A stretch of DNA of 63,486 bases, the filler included, from Thermodesulfobacteriota bacterium (lineage in GTDB: Bacteria; DASVDK01), in assembly GCA_036381125.1 (NCBI GenBank). It is 6 parts of 6 records of this genome, joined end to end, with 100 filler letters (N's around TTAATTAATTAA, not from the genome) between each part and the next. Parts side by side here need not be neighbours in the genome. Positions count along the whole stretch, not along the records: positions 1 to 14,325 come from DASVDK010000353.1; positions 14,426 to 20,467 come from DASVDK010000354.1; positions 20,568 to 31,449 come from DASVDK010000355.1; 3 more parts are not named here. One strand, 5' to 3'. The position numbers were made by a program, and so were the translations under genes. Positions 10,622-20,568 of this stretch are shown piece by piece. Each line of letters starts with the position of its first letter. Within the stretch, counting starts at the first letter, position 1. The notes below the pieces were generated by a model that was not told the origin of the DNA, made no database searches, and saw nothing but the letters and a program-made list of their open reading frames with translations.

Positions 10622-12517
10622 TCACCCGGCCGTCGCCGCCTGCGCCGCCCGGCGGCCTCGCACGACCTGCGACGCGAGCGCCGCGACGAGGCAGCCGAAG
10701 CCGGCCGAGTCGGTCACGAGGCCGGGGTCGATGAGGAGCAGCGCCGAGGCGCCGAGGAGCAGTCGCTCGAGCCGGGTCGCAGGCCGGCGCAGGTAGCCGC
10801 GGAGCGCCGCGGCGAGCGCGACGGCGCCGGTCGCGGCGGTGACGACCGCCCAGGCCACCTCGATCGGTTCGCCGACGAGCAGGAGCGCCGGACCGAAGAC
10901 GAACATGTACGGCACGAGGAACCCGGCGGCGCCAGCCTTCACCGCCTCGACTCCCGACTCCCAGAGGCGCGCCCCGCCGATGCCGGCCGCCGCGTAGACC
11001 GCCAGCGCCACCGGCGGCGTGATGGCCGACAGGCAGGCGAAGTAGAGCACGAACAGGTGCGCCGCGACCTCGGGGACGCCGAGCCGGATCAGGGCCGGGA
11101 TGAGGAGCGCGGCCTGCACGATGTACGCGGGGGTCGTCGGCATCCCCATGCCGAGCACGATGCCGGCCGCCATCGTGAGAAGAAGCGCGAGCACGAGGTG
11201 GTTGCCGGCCACGGCCAGGACGAGCGACGTGAAGCGGATGCCGACGCCGGTGAGGGCGACGACCCCCACGATGATCCCCGCCACGGCGCACGTGGCGGCG
11301 ACCGCGAGCGTGTTGCGGGCCCCCTGCTCGAGCGCCTCGAGGATCGAGCGGGGCCCCATGCGCGTCTCCCGCCTGAGCCACGAGAGGAGCACCACCGACG
11401 CCGTCGACCACAGGGCGGCGTAGGTCGCCGTGAAGCCGGCGACCATGAAGCCCAGGATCACGATCACGGGCAGGAAGAGGTGCCCGCGGCGCAGAACGAC
11501 CTCGCGCAGGCTCGGCAGCTCGGCCTTCGGCACCCCCTTGAGGTCCGACCGCAGCGCCTCGAAGTGGATCGAGAAGAAGAGGGCGACGTAATAGAGCAGG
11601 GCCGGGATGAGCGCGTGCCTGGCCACCTGGATGTAGGGGATCCCGGTGAACTCCGCCATGACGAAAGCGGCCGCCCCCATGACCGGCGGCATGAGCTGCC
11701 CGCCGGTGGAGGCGGTGGCCTCGACGGCGGCGGCGAAGGCCGGCCGGAACCCGGCCCGCTTCATGAGGGGGATCGTGAGCCAGCCGTCCACCATGACGTT
11801 GGCGACGGCGCTGCCCGAAACGGTGCCGAACAGCGTCGAGGAGACGACGGAGACCTTCCCGGGGCCGCCGCGGCTGCCGCCGGTCAGCGCCGTCGCGAAG
11901 TCGGTGAAGAACTGACCGACCCCCGACGCCGCGAGGAAGGCGCCGAAGACCACGAACACGATCACGTACGTCGCGCTGACCGCCAGCGGGATGCCGAAGA
12001 TCCCCTCGGTCGTGAGGTAGAGCTGGTCGAGGACCAGCTCCAGGCTGAACCCGGGATGGGCGAGGAGCCCCGGCAGCCACGGCCCGAGGAAGGCGTACAC
12101 GAGGAACACGACGGCCGTGATCGGCAGCACCCAGCCGGTCGTTCGCCTCGCCGCCTCGAGCACGAGGAGCACGGTGAGACAGCCGAAGAGCACGTCGGCG
12201 CGCCGGAGCGGGTCGGCGTAGTAGATGCGGGTGACCACGTACTCGTAGTTCCAGAAGAGATACCCCACCGCCGCCACGGCCAGCGCCATCAGGGCGAGGT
12301 CGAGCGCCCAGCCGAGGCGGCGCCCGCGAGCGCGGGCGCCGTTCGGCATGGTGAGGAAGATCAGGAGGAGCGCGAAGAGGAGGTGCGTCCCCCGCAGGAT
12401 GATCGCCTCCGGCGTGCCGGTGGCGACGACGTAGAGGTGGTAGACCGACATCCCGATCGCGAGGAGGGCGGCCACCCTCGCGACCGGGCCGGTCAGCCTG
12501 CCAGGCTCGCGCTCCAC
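10622..12517 (-). CDS. TRAP transporter fused 4TM/12TM permease (TAXI type)
   Basis: SGSAVANV, ASTGGQLMPPVMGAAAF, GMGMPTTPAY, ITPPVALA. Confidence 0.95.
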   Translation of the reverse strand: MEREPGRLTGPVARVAALLAIGMSVYHLYVVATGTPEAIILRGTHLLFALLLIFLTMPNGARARGRRLGWALDLALMALAVAAVGYLFWNYEYVVTRIYYADPLRRADVLFGCLTVLLVLEAARRTTGWVLPITAVVFLVYAFLGPWLPGLLAHPGFSLELVLDQLYLTTEGIFGIPLAVSATYVIVFVVFGAFLAASGVGQFFTDFATALTGGSRGGPGKVSVVSSTLFGTVSGSAVANVMVDGWLTIPLMKRAGFRPAFAAAVEATASTGGQLMPPVMGAAAFVMAEFTGIPYIQVARHALIPALLYYVALFFSIHFEALRSDLKGVPKAELPSLREVVLRRGHLFLPVIVILGFMVAGFTATYAALWSTASVVLLSWLRRETRMGPRSILEALEQGARNTLAVAATCAVAGIIVGVVALTGVGIRFTSLVLAVAGNHLVLALLLTMAAGIVLGMGMPTTPAYIVQAALLIPALIRLGVPEVAAHLFVLYFACLSAITPPVALAVYAAAGIGGARLWESGVEAVKAGAAGFLVPYMFVFGPALLLVGEPIEVAWAVVTAATGAVALAAALRGYLRRPATRLERLLLGASALLLIDPGLVTDSAGFGCLVAALASQVVRGRRAAQAATAG

Positions 12518-12523
12518 GGGCGG

Positions 12524-13489
12524 CTACGGCTTGCCGACCTCGTCGAAGTACCGCTTCGCACCCGGGTGGAACGGCACCCCCACGTCCACCGCCATCTGCG
12601 AGACGGGCCGCCCCTTCATGGCCGAGACCACGACCGCGAGCTGGTCGCGGTTCTCGACGATCGCCTTCGTGACGCGGTAGACGAGGTCCTCCGGCACCTT
12701 CGCGTTGGCCACGATGTGCGTGTAGGTGCCGACCGTGACCGCGTCGGTCTCCTGGCCGGGGTAGGTCCCCCTGGGGATCGTGAGGGTGGCATAGCCGACG
12801 TTCTTGGCCTTGAGCTTCGCGAGCGCCTCCGGCCCGATGGAGAGCACGTGCACGGGCCGCGCCGTCGCGAGGTCCTGCACCGACGAGGCCGGGATCGTCG
12901 TGATGAGGGCGAAGGCGTCGGCCTGCCGGTTCTTGATCAGCTCGACGGCGTCGGTGTAGCTCACGTGATGGACCTTCGCGAGGTCGTCGTAGGAGAGGCC
13001 GTGCACCTCGAGCAGCTCGCGGGCGATCTGCTCGCCGGTGTTGCCGCGCGGCTGCGTGGCGAGTCGCTTGCCCTTGAGGTCGGCCACGGTGCGGATGCCG
13101 GAGTCGGCCGGCACGACCACCTGGAAGTACTGGTCGTAGAGGGTGACGACGTTGAGGACGTCCCTCGTCGGCGACTCGAACGGCGCCCGCCCGGCGTACC
13201 CGTCGGCGGTGGAGTTGGCGTTGCCGAAGCCGAGATCCGCCCGCCCGCCCTGCAGCGCCTTCACGTTGGCAATTCCGGCGCCCGGCAGAACGGTCACCTG
13301 GACGCCCGGGGCGTCCTTCTGGACCAGCTCTGCGATCGCGCCGGCGAGGGGGATCCAGCTCCCTCCCTGTGGACCGCTCATGAGCTTGAGCTGACGCACG
13401 GCGCCGGTCTGGCCCTGGGCGGAGGCCGGCACGGGCGCGGCGGCGAGCGCGAGGAGCGCGAGGACGGCGAGCAACGACAGACGGCGCAT
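12524..13489 (-). CDS. TAXI family TRAP solute-binding protein
   Basis: Signal peptide; SGPQGGSW, DLKGKR, IPRGTYPG, VPFHPGAKRYF. Confidence 0.93.
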   Translation of the reverse strand: MRRLSLLAVLALLALAAAPVPASAQGQTGAVRQLKLMSGPQGGSWIPLAGAIAELVQKDAPGVQVTVLPGAGIANVKALQGGRADLGFGNANSTADGYAGRAPFESPTRDVLNVVTLYDQYFQVVVPADSGIRTVADLKGKRLATQPRGNTGEQIARELLEVHGLSYDDLAKVHHVSYTDAVELIKNRQADAFALITTIPASSVQDLATARPVHVLSIGPEALAKLKAKNVGYATLTIPRGTYPGQETDAVTVGTYTHIVANAKVPEDLVYRVTKAIVENRDQLAVVVSAMKGRPVSQMAVDVGVPFHPGAKRYFDEVGKP

Positions 13490-13631
13490 GGCACCTCCTC
13501 CGGATGTGCCGGCAGGGACGCCGGCACGAGCGATCGGGACCGGTGTCGCGCGTCGGAGCTTCGGGCCGCCCGCGTATGGAACATCATTTTATTCAGACTT
13601 CGCGCCGCCTGGCAAGCCGTGACTCGCTATC

Positions 13632-14325
13632 ATGGGCGGCATGACGAGCATGAACGCTGGTCGAGCGGTGGTGGAGGCGATGCGCCGAGCCGGCATCACG
13701 CGGGCCTTCGGGGTGCCGGGGGAAAGCTTCCTCGCCGTGCTCGACGCCTTCTACGAGGCCCCCCTGACCTTCGTCTCGACCCGCCACGAGGGGGGCGCCG
13801 CCTTCATGGCGTCCGGCTACGCGAAGACGAGCGGCGAGATCGGTGTCTGCATGGGGACGCGGGCCGTCGGCTCGAGCAACATGGCGATCGGGATCCACAC
13901 CGCGCGGCAGGACTCGACCGCGATGCTGGCCATCGCGGGGCAGGTGAACCGGGACTTCATCGGCCGCGAGGCCTTCCAGGAGCTCGACCTCGTCGCCGTC
14001 TTCTCCCGGTACTGCAAGTGGGCGGTCCAGATCGACGACGCCGCCCGCGTGCCCGAGCAGATGGCACGGGCGATCCGGATCGCGACGACCGGGCGGCCCG
14101 GCCCGGTCCTGGTGGCGCTCCCCGAGGACATGCTCCGCGACACGGCGGACATGCGCTTCGAAGAGGTGCGCGCCGTCGCGCCGCCGCCGGCCGACCCGTC
14201 CGCGCTCGACGAGGCGCTTGCGGCGCTCCTCGCCGCCGAGCGCCCGCTCGTCCTGGCCGGAGGGGGGGTCCTCGCCTCCCCTGGCGCGTGCGACGCGCTC
14301 GTCCGGTTCGCCGAGGCCGCCGAGG
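13632..14325 (+). CDS. Thiamine-pyrophosphate-binding enzyme (acetolactate synthase-like), truncated by contig end
   Basis: FGVPGESFL, RHEGGAAFMA, EAFQELD, GRPGPVLVALPEDML. Confidence 0.9.
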
Positions 14326-14425
14326 NNNNNNNNNNNNNNNNNNNNNNNNNNNNNNNNNNNNNNNNNNNNTTAATTAATTAANNNNNNNNNNNNNNNNNNN
14401 NNNNNNNNNNNNNNNNNNNNNNNNN
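14326..14425. other. Artificial contig spacer
   Basis: N run containing TTAATTAATTAA six-frame stop linker. Confidence 0.99.
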
Positions 14426-14426
14426 G

Positions 14427-14867
14427 GGCGAGACCTTCGTCCTGGTGACGACCATGGGGCACGCCGACGAGGAGGCGCTCGAGGCCGCCCTGGCGCGGGC
14501 GCCCCGGTACGTGGGCCTGGTGGCGAGCCGCCGGCGCTTCGCCGAGGTGAGGCGCACGCTTGCCGCGCGCGGGGTCTCGACCGAGGCGCTCGACCGCGTG
14601 CGCAGCCCCGCCGGCCTCGACCTCGGCGCCCGGGCGCCCGAGGAGATCGCCGTGAGCGTGCTCGCCGAGATCGTCCAGGTCCGGCGCCGCGAGGCGGCGG
14701 ACCTGGACGCGCCCGAGCGCCGCGGATCGGCCCTGTCCCGGTTCGTGGCCGATCCGGTCTGCGGCATGTCGGTGGACCGCGACGCCCCGGCGGCCACGGC
14801 GACGCGGGGCGGCGTCACGTACTACTTCTGCTGCGAGGGGTGCCGCACGCGCTTCGAGCCGGCATGA
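14427..14867 (+). CDS. XdhC/CoxI family molybdenum hydroxylase accessory protein with C-terminal YHS domain (5' truncated)
   Basis: YVGLVASRRR, PAGLDLGARAPEEIAVS; DPVCGMSV...YYFCCEGC. Confidence 0.88.
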   Translation, partial: GETFVLVTTMGHADEEALEAALARAPRYVGLVASRRRFAEVRRTLAARGVSTEALDRVRSPAGLDLGARAPEEIAVSVLAEIVQVRRREAADLDAPERRGSALSRFVADPVCGMSVDRDAPAATATRGGVTYYFCCEGCRTRFEPA

Positions 14868-15448
14868 TCGCCGGCGTCGTGCTCGCCGCCGGCCAGTCGA
14901 CCCGGATGGGCGCGAGCAAGGTCCTCCTCGCCCTCGACGGCGAGCCGCTCGTCCGCCGCATGACGCGCCGCGCCCTCGAGGCCGGGCTTGCGCCCGTGAT
15001 CACGGTGGTCGGCCGCGACGCCGGCGCCGCAGCCGGGGCGGTCGCCGACCTCCCCTCCGTCGTCGCCGTCAACGCGGCGTACGCCGACGGGATGACCACC
15101 TCGATCCGCTGCGGGCTCGGCCACCTGCCGGCCGAGGCCGAGGCGGCCGTCATCGTCTTCGCCGACCAGCCGCTCGTCACCGTCGATCAGCTTCGCCGCA
15201 TCCGGTCGGCCTACGAGACGGGGCGTCCCCCGGTCGTCGTGTCGAGCTACGACGGCGTCCTCGCGCCGCCGACCCTCTACCGCCGCGACCTCTTCCCCGA
15301 GCTGGCCGCGGCTCGCGGGGACGGCTGCCGCAAGCGGGTCATTCGGGCCCACCTCGAGACAGCGGCGGTCCTCCCCTTCCCCGCCTCCCATCTCGCCGAC
15401 GTCGACTCGCCCGAGGACTACGCGCGGCTCGCGCGCGGCGCGTCCTGA
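14864..15448 (+). CDS. Molybdenum cofactor cytidylyltransferase-like nucleotidyltransferase (MocA family)
   Basis: VVLAAGQSTRMGASKVLL, GMTTSI, ADQP, DVDSPEDY; ATGA-coupled to the XdhC gene. Confidence 0.88.
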   Translation: MIAGVVLAAGQSTRMGASKVLLALDGEPLVRRMTRRALEAGLAPVITVVGRDAGAAAGAVADLPSVVAVNAAYADGMTTSIRCGLGHLPAEAEAAVIVFADQPLVTVDQLRRIRSAYETGRPPVVVSSYDGVLAPPTLYRRDLFPELAAARGDGCRKRVIRAHLETAAVLPFPASHLADVDSPEDYARLARGAS

Positions 15449-15539
15449 GGGCGATCGCCCCCATCTCCGCCAGCCGACGCGCAGGAGCCACGTTCGGGCC
15501 GACATCGCCGGCGCGTCGAGCCTCGACGCACACGGGTCG

Positions 15540-15625
15540 TCGCCGCGAGCGCCCGGATCGATCGCCCGCGGCTGTCCGCCTCGACGAGCAGGTGCACGTG
15601 ATCGCGCTGGACGGGGAAGTGGCTG
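15540..15625 (-). mobile_element. Relic of an IS200-like/RAYT HUH Y1 transposase
   Basis: Reverse-strand peptide HFPVQRDHVHLLVEAD contains the HUH motif; no start codon or catalytic Tyr region; lies between convergent genes. Confidence 0.6.
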
Positions 15626-15638
15626 CGTGGAGCCGGCC

Positions 15639-16565
15639 TCAGATAGACGATCGGCCCGGCGCCGAGCCCCCCTTCCCCGGCGGCTCGAGCCCGTTCATCG
15701 CGTCGACGACGCGCGCGACGCCCGCGTTGTCGAGGTCGCCGAAGCCCATCTGGACGCCGGCGCGGAAGAGCTGCGCGACCGCGCTGCCGACCGGCATGAC
15801 GCAGCCGAACGCGCGGGCGGCCTCCATGGCGAGGCCGAGGTCCTTGTCGTGCAGGCGGAGGAAGAAGGAGGGGGTGTAGTCGCCGGAGACGAGCTTGGGC
15901 CACTTGACGTCGCCGAGGCCGGACTTGCCGAGGCCGGCGCCGAGGACCTGCACGAGCGTCTGCGGCTCGATGCCGGCCTTGCGCGCCATGACGAGCGCCT
16001 CGGCGTAGGCGCCGAGGTAGGTGGCGAGCATGGTGTTGTTGATGAGCTTGAGGACCTGACCGGCGCCGTTCTCGGTGGAGACGTACACGAGATTCGTGCC
16101 CTCGGCTTCGAGGATGGGCCGCACCCGATCGTAGGCCGCCTTCGGACCGGCCGCCATGATGGTGAGCGTCCCCTCGGCCGCCCCCTTCTCCCCGCCGGTC
16201 ACCGGCGCGTCGAGAAAGGCGCCGCCGCGCGCCTCGACGAGGCGCGCCAGGCGGCGCGTGACCTCGGGCGAGATGGTCGAGTGGTCCATCACGACGGCGC
16301 CCGGACGGAGCGTCTCGAGCACGCCGCCCGGCCCCGCGACGACCGCCTCCACGTCCGGCGAGTCTGGCACGTTGGTGATGACGACGTCGGCGGCGGCCGC
16401 GGCCTCCGCGGCGCTCGACGCCACGGTGGCGCCGTCGGCGACCAGCGCCTCCGCCTTGGCCCGGGTCCGGTTGAAGACGGTGACCGGAAAGCCCTTGCGG
16501 AGGAGGTTGCGGGCCATCCCCCGCCCCATGATGCCGATTCCGATGTAGGCGACCTTCAGCGTCAT
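15639..16565 (-). CDS. NAD(P)-dependent oxidoreductase, beta-hydroxyacid dehydrogenase family
   Basis: YIGIGIMGRGMA, FLDAPVTGG, GTLTIM, KLINN, KDLGLA. Confidence 0.92.
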   Translation of the reverse strand: MTLKVAYIGIGIMGRGMARNLLRKGFPVTVFNRTRAKAEALVADGATVASSAAEAAAAADVVITNVPDSPDVEAVVAGPGGVLETLRPGAVVMDHSTISPEVTRRLARLVEARGGAFLDAPVTGGEKGAAEGTLTIMAAGPKAAYDRVRPILEAEGTNLVYVSTENGAGQVLKLINNTMLATYLGAYAEALVMARKAGIEPQTLVQVLGAGLGKSGLGDVKWPKLVSGDYTPSFFLRLHDKDLGLAMEAARAFGCVMPVGSAVAQLFRAGVQMGFGDLDNAGVARVVDAMNGLEPPGKGGSAPGRSSI

Positions 16566-16599
16566 TGGTCCTCGCGTGTCCTTGCGCCGTGGCCCTGGC

Positions 16600-17490
16600 C
16601 TAGTCCCCGGCCACGGGGTGATTCGCCAGCGTCTCGAGCGCCCGGACCATCGCGGAGTGGTCCCAGCCGGCCCCGCCGTGCGCCGCGCAGGCGTTGAACA
16701 GCTCCTGGCAGGTCGCCGTGTTCGGCAGCGACACGCCGAGCGCCCTGGCCGACTCCAGGGCGAGGTTCAGGTCCTTCTGGTGGAGGGCGATGCGGAAGCC
16801 GGGCGCGAAGGTCCGCTTGATCATCCGCTCGCCGTGGATCTCGAGGATCTTCGACGACGCGAAGCCGCCCATGAGCGCCTGCCGCACCCGGGCCGGGTCG
16901 GCCCCCGCCTTCGAGGCGAAGAGCAGCGCCTCGCCGACCGCCTCGATCGTCAGGGCGACGATGATCTGGTTGGCGACCTTGCAGGTCTGACCGTCGCCGG
17001 ACGGCCCGACGAGCGTGATGTTCTTCCCCATCTTCTCGAAGAGCGGCTTCACCTCGTCGAAGACCGACGGCTTGCCGCCGACCATGATGGTGAGGGTGGC
17101 GTTCTTCGCCCCGACCTCGCCCCCCGACACCGGGGCGTCGAGCATCTCGACCCCCATGTCGGCGAGCCGCTTCGCGAAGGCCTTCGTCGCCACCGGCGAG
17201 ATCGACGACATGTCGACGACGATCTTCCCCTTCGAGAGCCCCTCCGCGAGGCCGGAGGGGCCGAAGAGCACCGCCTCGACGTCCGGCGTGTCCGGCACCA
17301 TCGTGATGATGATGTCGGCCGCGCGCGCGACCTCCGCCGGGCTCCTTGCCGGCTTGCCGCCCTTCTTCACCAGCTCGTCCGGCACACCCGAGCGGCTGTG
17401 CAGGTGGACCGTGTACCCGGCGTCGATGAGGTGCCCGGCCATGGGCTTGCCCATGATGCCGAGCCCGATGAACCCGAGCGTCTTCGCCAT
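16600..17490 (-). CDS. glxR: 2-hydroxy-3-oxopropionate (tartronate semialdehyde) reductase
   Basis: GFIGLGIMGKPMA, DAPVSGGEVGA, GDGQTCKVANQIIVAL, GFRIALHQKDL; coupled to hyi. Confidence 0.92.
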   Translation of the reverse strand: MAKTLGFIGLGIMGKPMAGHLIDAGYTVHLHSRSGVPDELVKKGGKPARSPAEVARAADIIITMVPDTPDVEAVLFGPSGLAEGLSKGKIVVDMSSISPVATKAFAKRLADMGVEMLDAPVSGGEVGAKNATLTIMVGGKPSVFDEVKPLFEKMGKNITLVGPSGDGQTCKVANQIIVALTIEAVGEALLFASKAGADPARVRQALMGGFASSKILEIHGERMIKRTFAPGFRIALHQKDLNLALESARALGVSLPNTATCQELFNACAAHGGAGWDHSAMVRALETLANHPVAGD

Positions 17491-18275
17491 CAGGCGTTCC
17501 CCCTGTAGGGCGTCATCCATCCGAGCCCCTCGACGGTCTTTCCCTTCGGCCTGTACTCGCAGCCGATCCATCCGGTGTAGCCGGCGGCGTCGATGGCCGC
17601 GAAGAGGTTGGGGAAGTTGATCTCGCCGGTGCCCGGCTCGTGGCGGCCCGGGTTGTCGGCGAGCTGCATGTGCGCGATCCGGGGCAGGTGATCCCGCATG
17701 GTCCTGATGAGGTTCCCCTCCATGATCTGCATGTGATAGATGTCCCAGAGGTAGGCGACGTTCGGCTCCCCCACCTCGTCCATGACCGCCAGCGCGTGGC
17801 GCGTCGTCGCGATGTGGAAGCCCGGCACGTCCTGGGTGTTCACGGCCTCGATCGCCATGGTGATGCCCGCCCGGCCGAGCGCCCGCGCCGCGAACCTGAG
17901 GTTGGCGATCAGGGTCTCGTGCACCTTCGCGGGGTCGACGCCGGCCGGCGTCTTGCCGACGAGACAGTTGAGCACCGTGCAGCCGAGCGCCTTCGCGTAG
18001 TCGATCGCCCGGCCCACGCCGTCCTGGAACTCGCCGACGCGGTCGGGCATGACCGCGATCCCGCGCTCCCCGCCGTCCCAGTCGCCGGCCGGCAGGTTGA
18101 AGAGGACCTGCACGAGACCGTTGCCCTTCAACCGGTCGACCAGCTCCTGCGTCGAGTACGCGTAGGGCAGCCAGTACTCGACGCCGGTGAAGCCGGCCTT
18201 CGCGGCCGCGGCGAAGCGCTCGGGGAAGCCCACCTCGCCGAACATCATCGAGAGGTTCGCACAGAACTTCGGCAT
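17490..18275 (-). CDS. hyi: Hydroxypyruvate isomerase
   Basis: MPKFCANLSMMF, QVLFNLPAGDW, YHMQIMEG, ADNPGRHEPGTGEINF, GWIGCEY. Confidence 0.94.
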   Translation of the reverse strand: MPKFCANLSMMFGEVGFPERFAAAAKAGFTGVEYWLPYAYSTQELVDRLKGNGLVQVLFNLPAGDWDGGERGIAVMPDRVGEFQDGVGRAIDYAKALGCTVLNCLVGKTPAGVDPAKVHETLIANLRFAARALGRAGITMAIEAVNTQDVPGFHIATTRHALAVMDEVGEPNVAYLWDIYHMQIMEGNLIRTMRDHLPRIAHMQLADNPGRHEPGTGEINFPNLFAAIDAAGYTGWIGCEYRPKGKTVEGLGWMTPYRGNA

Positions 18276-18447
18276 CTCGCTCCTCGAGTGGCGAGCCGGC
18301 TCCGCGCGGGGCCGGCCACCTCGAGATCGTAACGCATGATCGCCGGTCGAGGCATGGCCGGTGCTCGACGCGCTCGGCGCCCGGTCCGCCTCGAGCGGGC
18401 CGGCCTCGAGCGCCGGCCGGGGGTCGGGCGCGGGCGGATGACGAGGC

Positions 18448-19161
18448 TCACTCCGAGTACCGCTCCTCCTTCCAGGGGTCGGCGCGGTTGTGGTAGCCGC
18501 GCACCTCCCAGAAGCCGGGCCGGTCGGCGGCGGCGAACTCGACCTTGCGGACCCACTTGGCGCTCTTCCACGCGTACAGCCCGGGGACGACGAGCCGGAG
18601 CGGGAAGCCGTGCTCCGGGGAGAGCGGCCGGCCGCTCTCGGCGTCGGCGAAGAGGCAGTCCTCGCCGGCGAACTCGTCGAGCGGCAGGTTCGTCGTGTAG
18701 CCGTGCTCGCAGTGGACGATCACGAAGCGCGCCTCCGGCCTCGGCCGCGCCCGCACGACGATCTCCCGCACGTGGACCCCTTCCCACCGCATGTCGTAGC
18801 GGCTCCAGGTCGTGACGCAGTGCATGTCGGCCGTGATCGACACGCGGGGGAGCGCCTCGAAGGCCTCGTACGAGAGCCTGAAGGGCGACTCGCAGAGCCC
18901 GAAGACCTCGAAGTCCCAGGTCTTCGGATCGAAGGGCGGGACCGGCCCGTAGTGCAGGACCGGCCACCGCTCGGTGAGGATCTGTCCCGGCGGGAGGCGG
19001 TCGCGGCGGCTCGGCATCGACGAGGTCTCCACGGGGTTGCGAATCTCGCGCGGCGCGTCGGCGGGGCGGTCCCACCAGCCGCCGCGGGGACGCGCCCGTG
19101 CCGCCAGGGCCGCCTCGACCCCTCGCACGAGGAGGCGCACCCCGCGCCGCAGCACCTCCAT
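18448..19161 (-). CDS. Sulfite oxidase-like molybdopterin oxidoreductase (YuiH-like); alternative start at 19017
   Basis: RLPPGQ, WPVLHYG, DMHCVTTWS, GYTTNLPL, HGFPLRLVVP, WKSAKW, GFWEVRGYH. Confidence 0.9.
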   Translation of the reverse strand: MEVLRRGVRLLVRGVEAALAARARPRGGWWDRPADAPREIRNPVETSSMPSRRDRLPPGQILTERWPVLHYGPVPPFDPKTWDFEVFGLCESPFRLSYEAFEALPRVSITADMHCVTTWSRYDMRWEGVHVREIVVRARPRPEARFVIVHCEHGYTTNLPLDEFAGEDCLFADAESGRPLSPEHGFPLRLVVPGLYAWKSAKWVRKVEFAAADRPGFWEVRGYHNRADPWKEERYSE

Positions 19162-19844
19162 CAGCGGCGTCCGGCCGCCACGAGCGGCGGGACGAGGGCC
19201 GGGTCGAACGGCGCCCCTGCCCCCAGCGCGGCCGCTGCGCGGGCGAGGCCGGTACGGAGCGCCTCGAGATCGAGCCCTGCCCCGGCCCCTCCGAGCGGCG
19301 CGAGACGCGCCCGGGCCGCCTCGAGGAGCGACACGCTCCCCGCGCGGTTGCCGGTGACGGCGTGCTCGAGCGCGACGGCCATCTGGATGACGCCCTGGTA
19401 CAGCTCCCGCGTCTCGCCGCTGGCGCGACGCCACTGCCCCTCGAGGAGGTCGTGCGCCTCGAAGTAGAGGCCCGCGCGCACGAGCCAGGCGGCGCGGTAC
19501 AGCTCGGGCGGCAGCCCCTCGAGATCGGGCGGCGCCGGCCGGGCGAGCCCGGCACGCGCAACGGCGGCGCGTCTCGCACGCTCGGCCAGGTAGCGCCGCC
19601 GGCGCACCGCCTCGGGCGCGAGCCGGCCCGACCGGTCGAGGATACCGGCTCGCTTCAGCCGCTCGGCAGCCTCGCCGACCGGCGGCGCCGATCCCTCCCC
19701 CGGCCCGGCGGCCGCGAACGCGCCGGCCGCGTCGAGCGCCGCGGCGGCGCCGGCGTCCTCGAGCCCCTCGACCACCAGCCCCGTCACCGCATCGCGCAGG
19801 TCGAGCCAGGGGTGACCGGCCGGACGGCGGGGCGTGGGGGTCAT
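19161..19844 (-). CDS. DUF309 domain-containing protein
   Basis: GLYFEAHDLLEGQW...YQGVIQMAVALEH...GN motif. Confidence 0.8.
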   Translation of the reverse strand: MTPTPRRPAGHPWLDLRDAVTGLVVEGLEDAGAAAALDAAGAFAAAGPGEGSAPPVGEAAERLKRAGILDRSGRLAPEAVRRRRYLAERARRAAVARAGLARPAPPDLEGLPPELYRAAWLVRAGLYFEAHDLLEGQWRRASGETRELYQGVIQMAVALEHAVTGNRAGSVSLLEAARARLAPLGGAGAGLDLEALRTGLARAAAALGAGAPFDPALVPPLVAAGRR

Positions 19845-20467
19845 CGCGCGCTGAGCGGCCTGGTCGGCGCGGAGCGCCCCGTCCGGGATCCGGCCGCCGC
19901 GGAGCGGTAGTGCTGGCCGAGGTCGGCCTCCCTGAAGAACGCCGCCAGCTCGCGCTCGCGCCGCCGCTCGTCCCAACCGGCGAAGCGGGCCATCGCCTCG
20001 GCCGCGCGCGGCGCGCAGTCCCGCCCCTGGCACGGCCCCGTGCCGGCGGCGAGGCGCCGGAAGAGGAGGTCGCGGAGCGTGACCGCCGACTCCCGGTCGA
20101 CGGCATACTTCACCTGGGCCACGATGTCCGGGCTGTGGTCGCAGAGGCGGCGCGCCAGCGCCGGGTCGCCCGCCGTGGGCGCGAGCACGTCGCCGGCGCG
20201 GCTGCCGTAGGTCTCCACCAGCGCCGCCGCGACCGACGAGGGGAGCGCGTACCGACGCGCCAGGGCGGGCGCGTCGGTGGCGACCGCGCGCTCGATCGAG
20301 GACAGGTGGCCGCCGTAGAGCGGCGTCTCGGCCGTCCGGCAGCCGTCGCGACGGCCCACCCGGAGGGCGATCCGGTCCGTCACCGCCTCGGCGAGCGCAC
20401 GGGCGGCGGTGAGCGTGCCGCCGGCGACCGAGAGGAGCGTGCCCCGCGGCCCCTCCGCGCGGATCAC
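19841..20467 (-). CDS. glpD: FAD-dependent glycerol-3-phosphate dehydrogenase, C-terminal part (5' truncated)
   Basis: LLSVAGGTLTAARALAE, TAETPLYGG, LVETYGS, AQVKYAVDRE...LRDLLFRR. Confidence 0.75.
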   Translation of the reverse strand: MIRAEGPRGTLLSVAGGTLTAARALAEAVTDRIALRVGRRDGCRTAETPLYGGHLSSIERAVATDAPALARRYALPSSVAAALVETYGSRAGDVLAPTAGDPALARRLCDHSPDIVAQVKYAVDRESAVTLRDLLFRRLAAGTGPCQGRDCAPRAAEAMARFAGWDERRRERELAAFFREADLGQHYRSAAAGSRTGRSAPTRPLSAR

Positions 20468-20567
20468 NNNNNNNNNNNNNNNNNNNNNNNNNNNNNNNNN
20501 NNNNNNNNNNNTTAATTAATTAANNNNNNNNNNNNNNNNNNNNNNNNNNNNNNNNNNNNNNNNNNNN
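20468..20567. other. Artificial contig spacer
   Basis: N run with TTAATTAATTAA. Confidence 0.99.
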
Positions 20568-20568
20568 C

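Noticed and set aside
14326-14425. TTAATTAATTAA motif repeated five times in the window
   Set aside because: Synthetic stop linker inside N spacers; not biological, and links across spacers cannot be inferred
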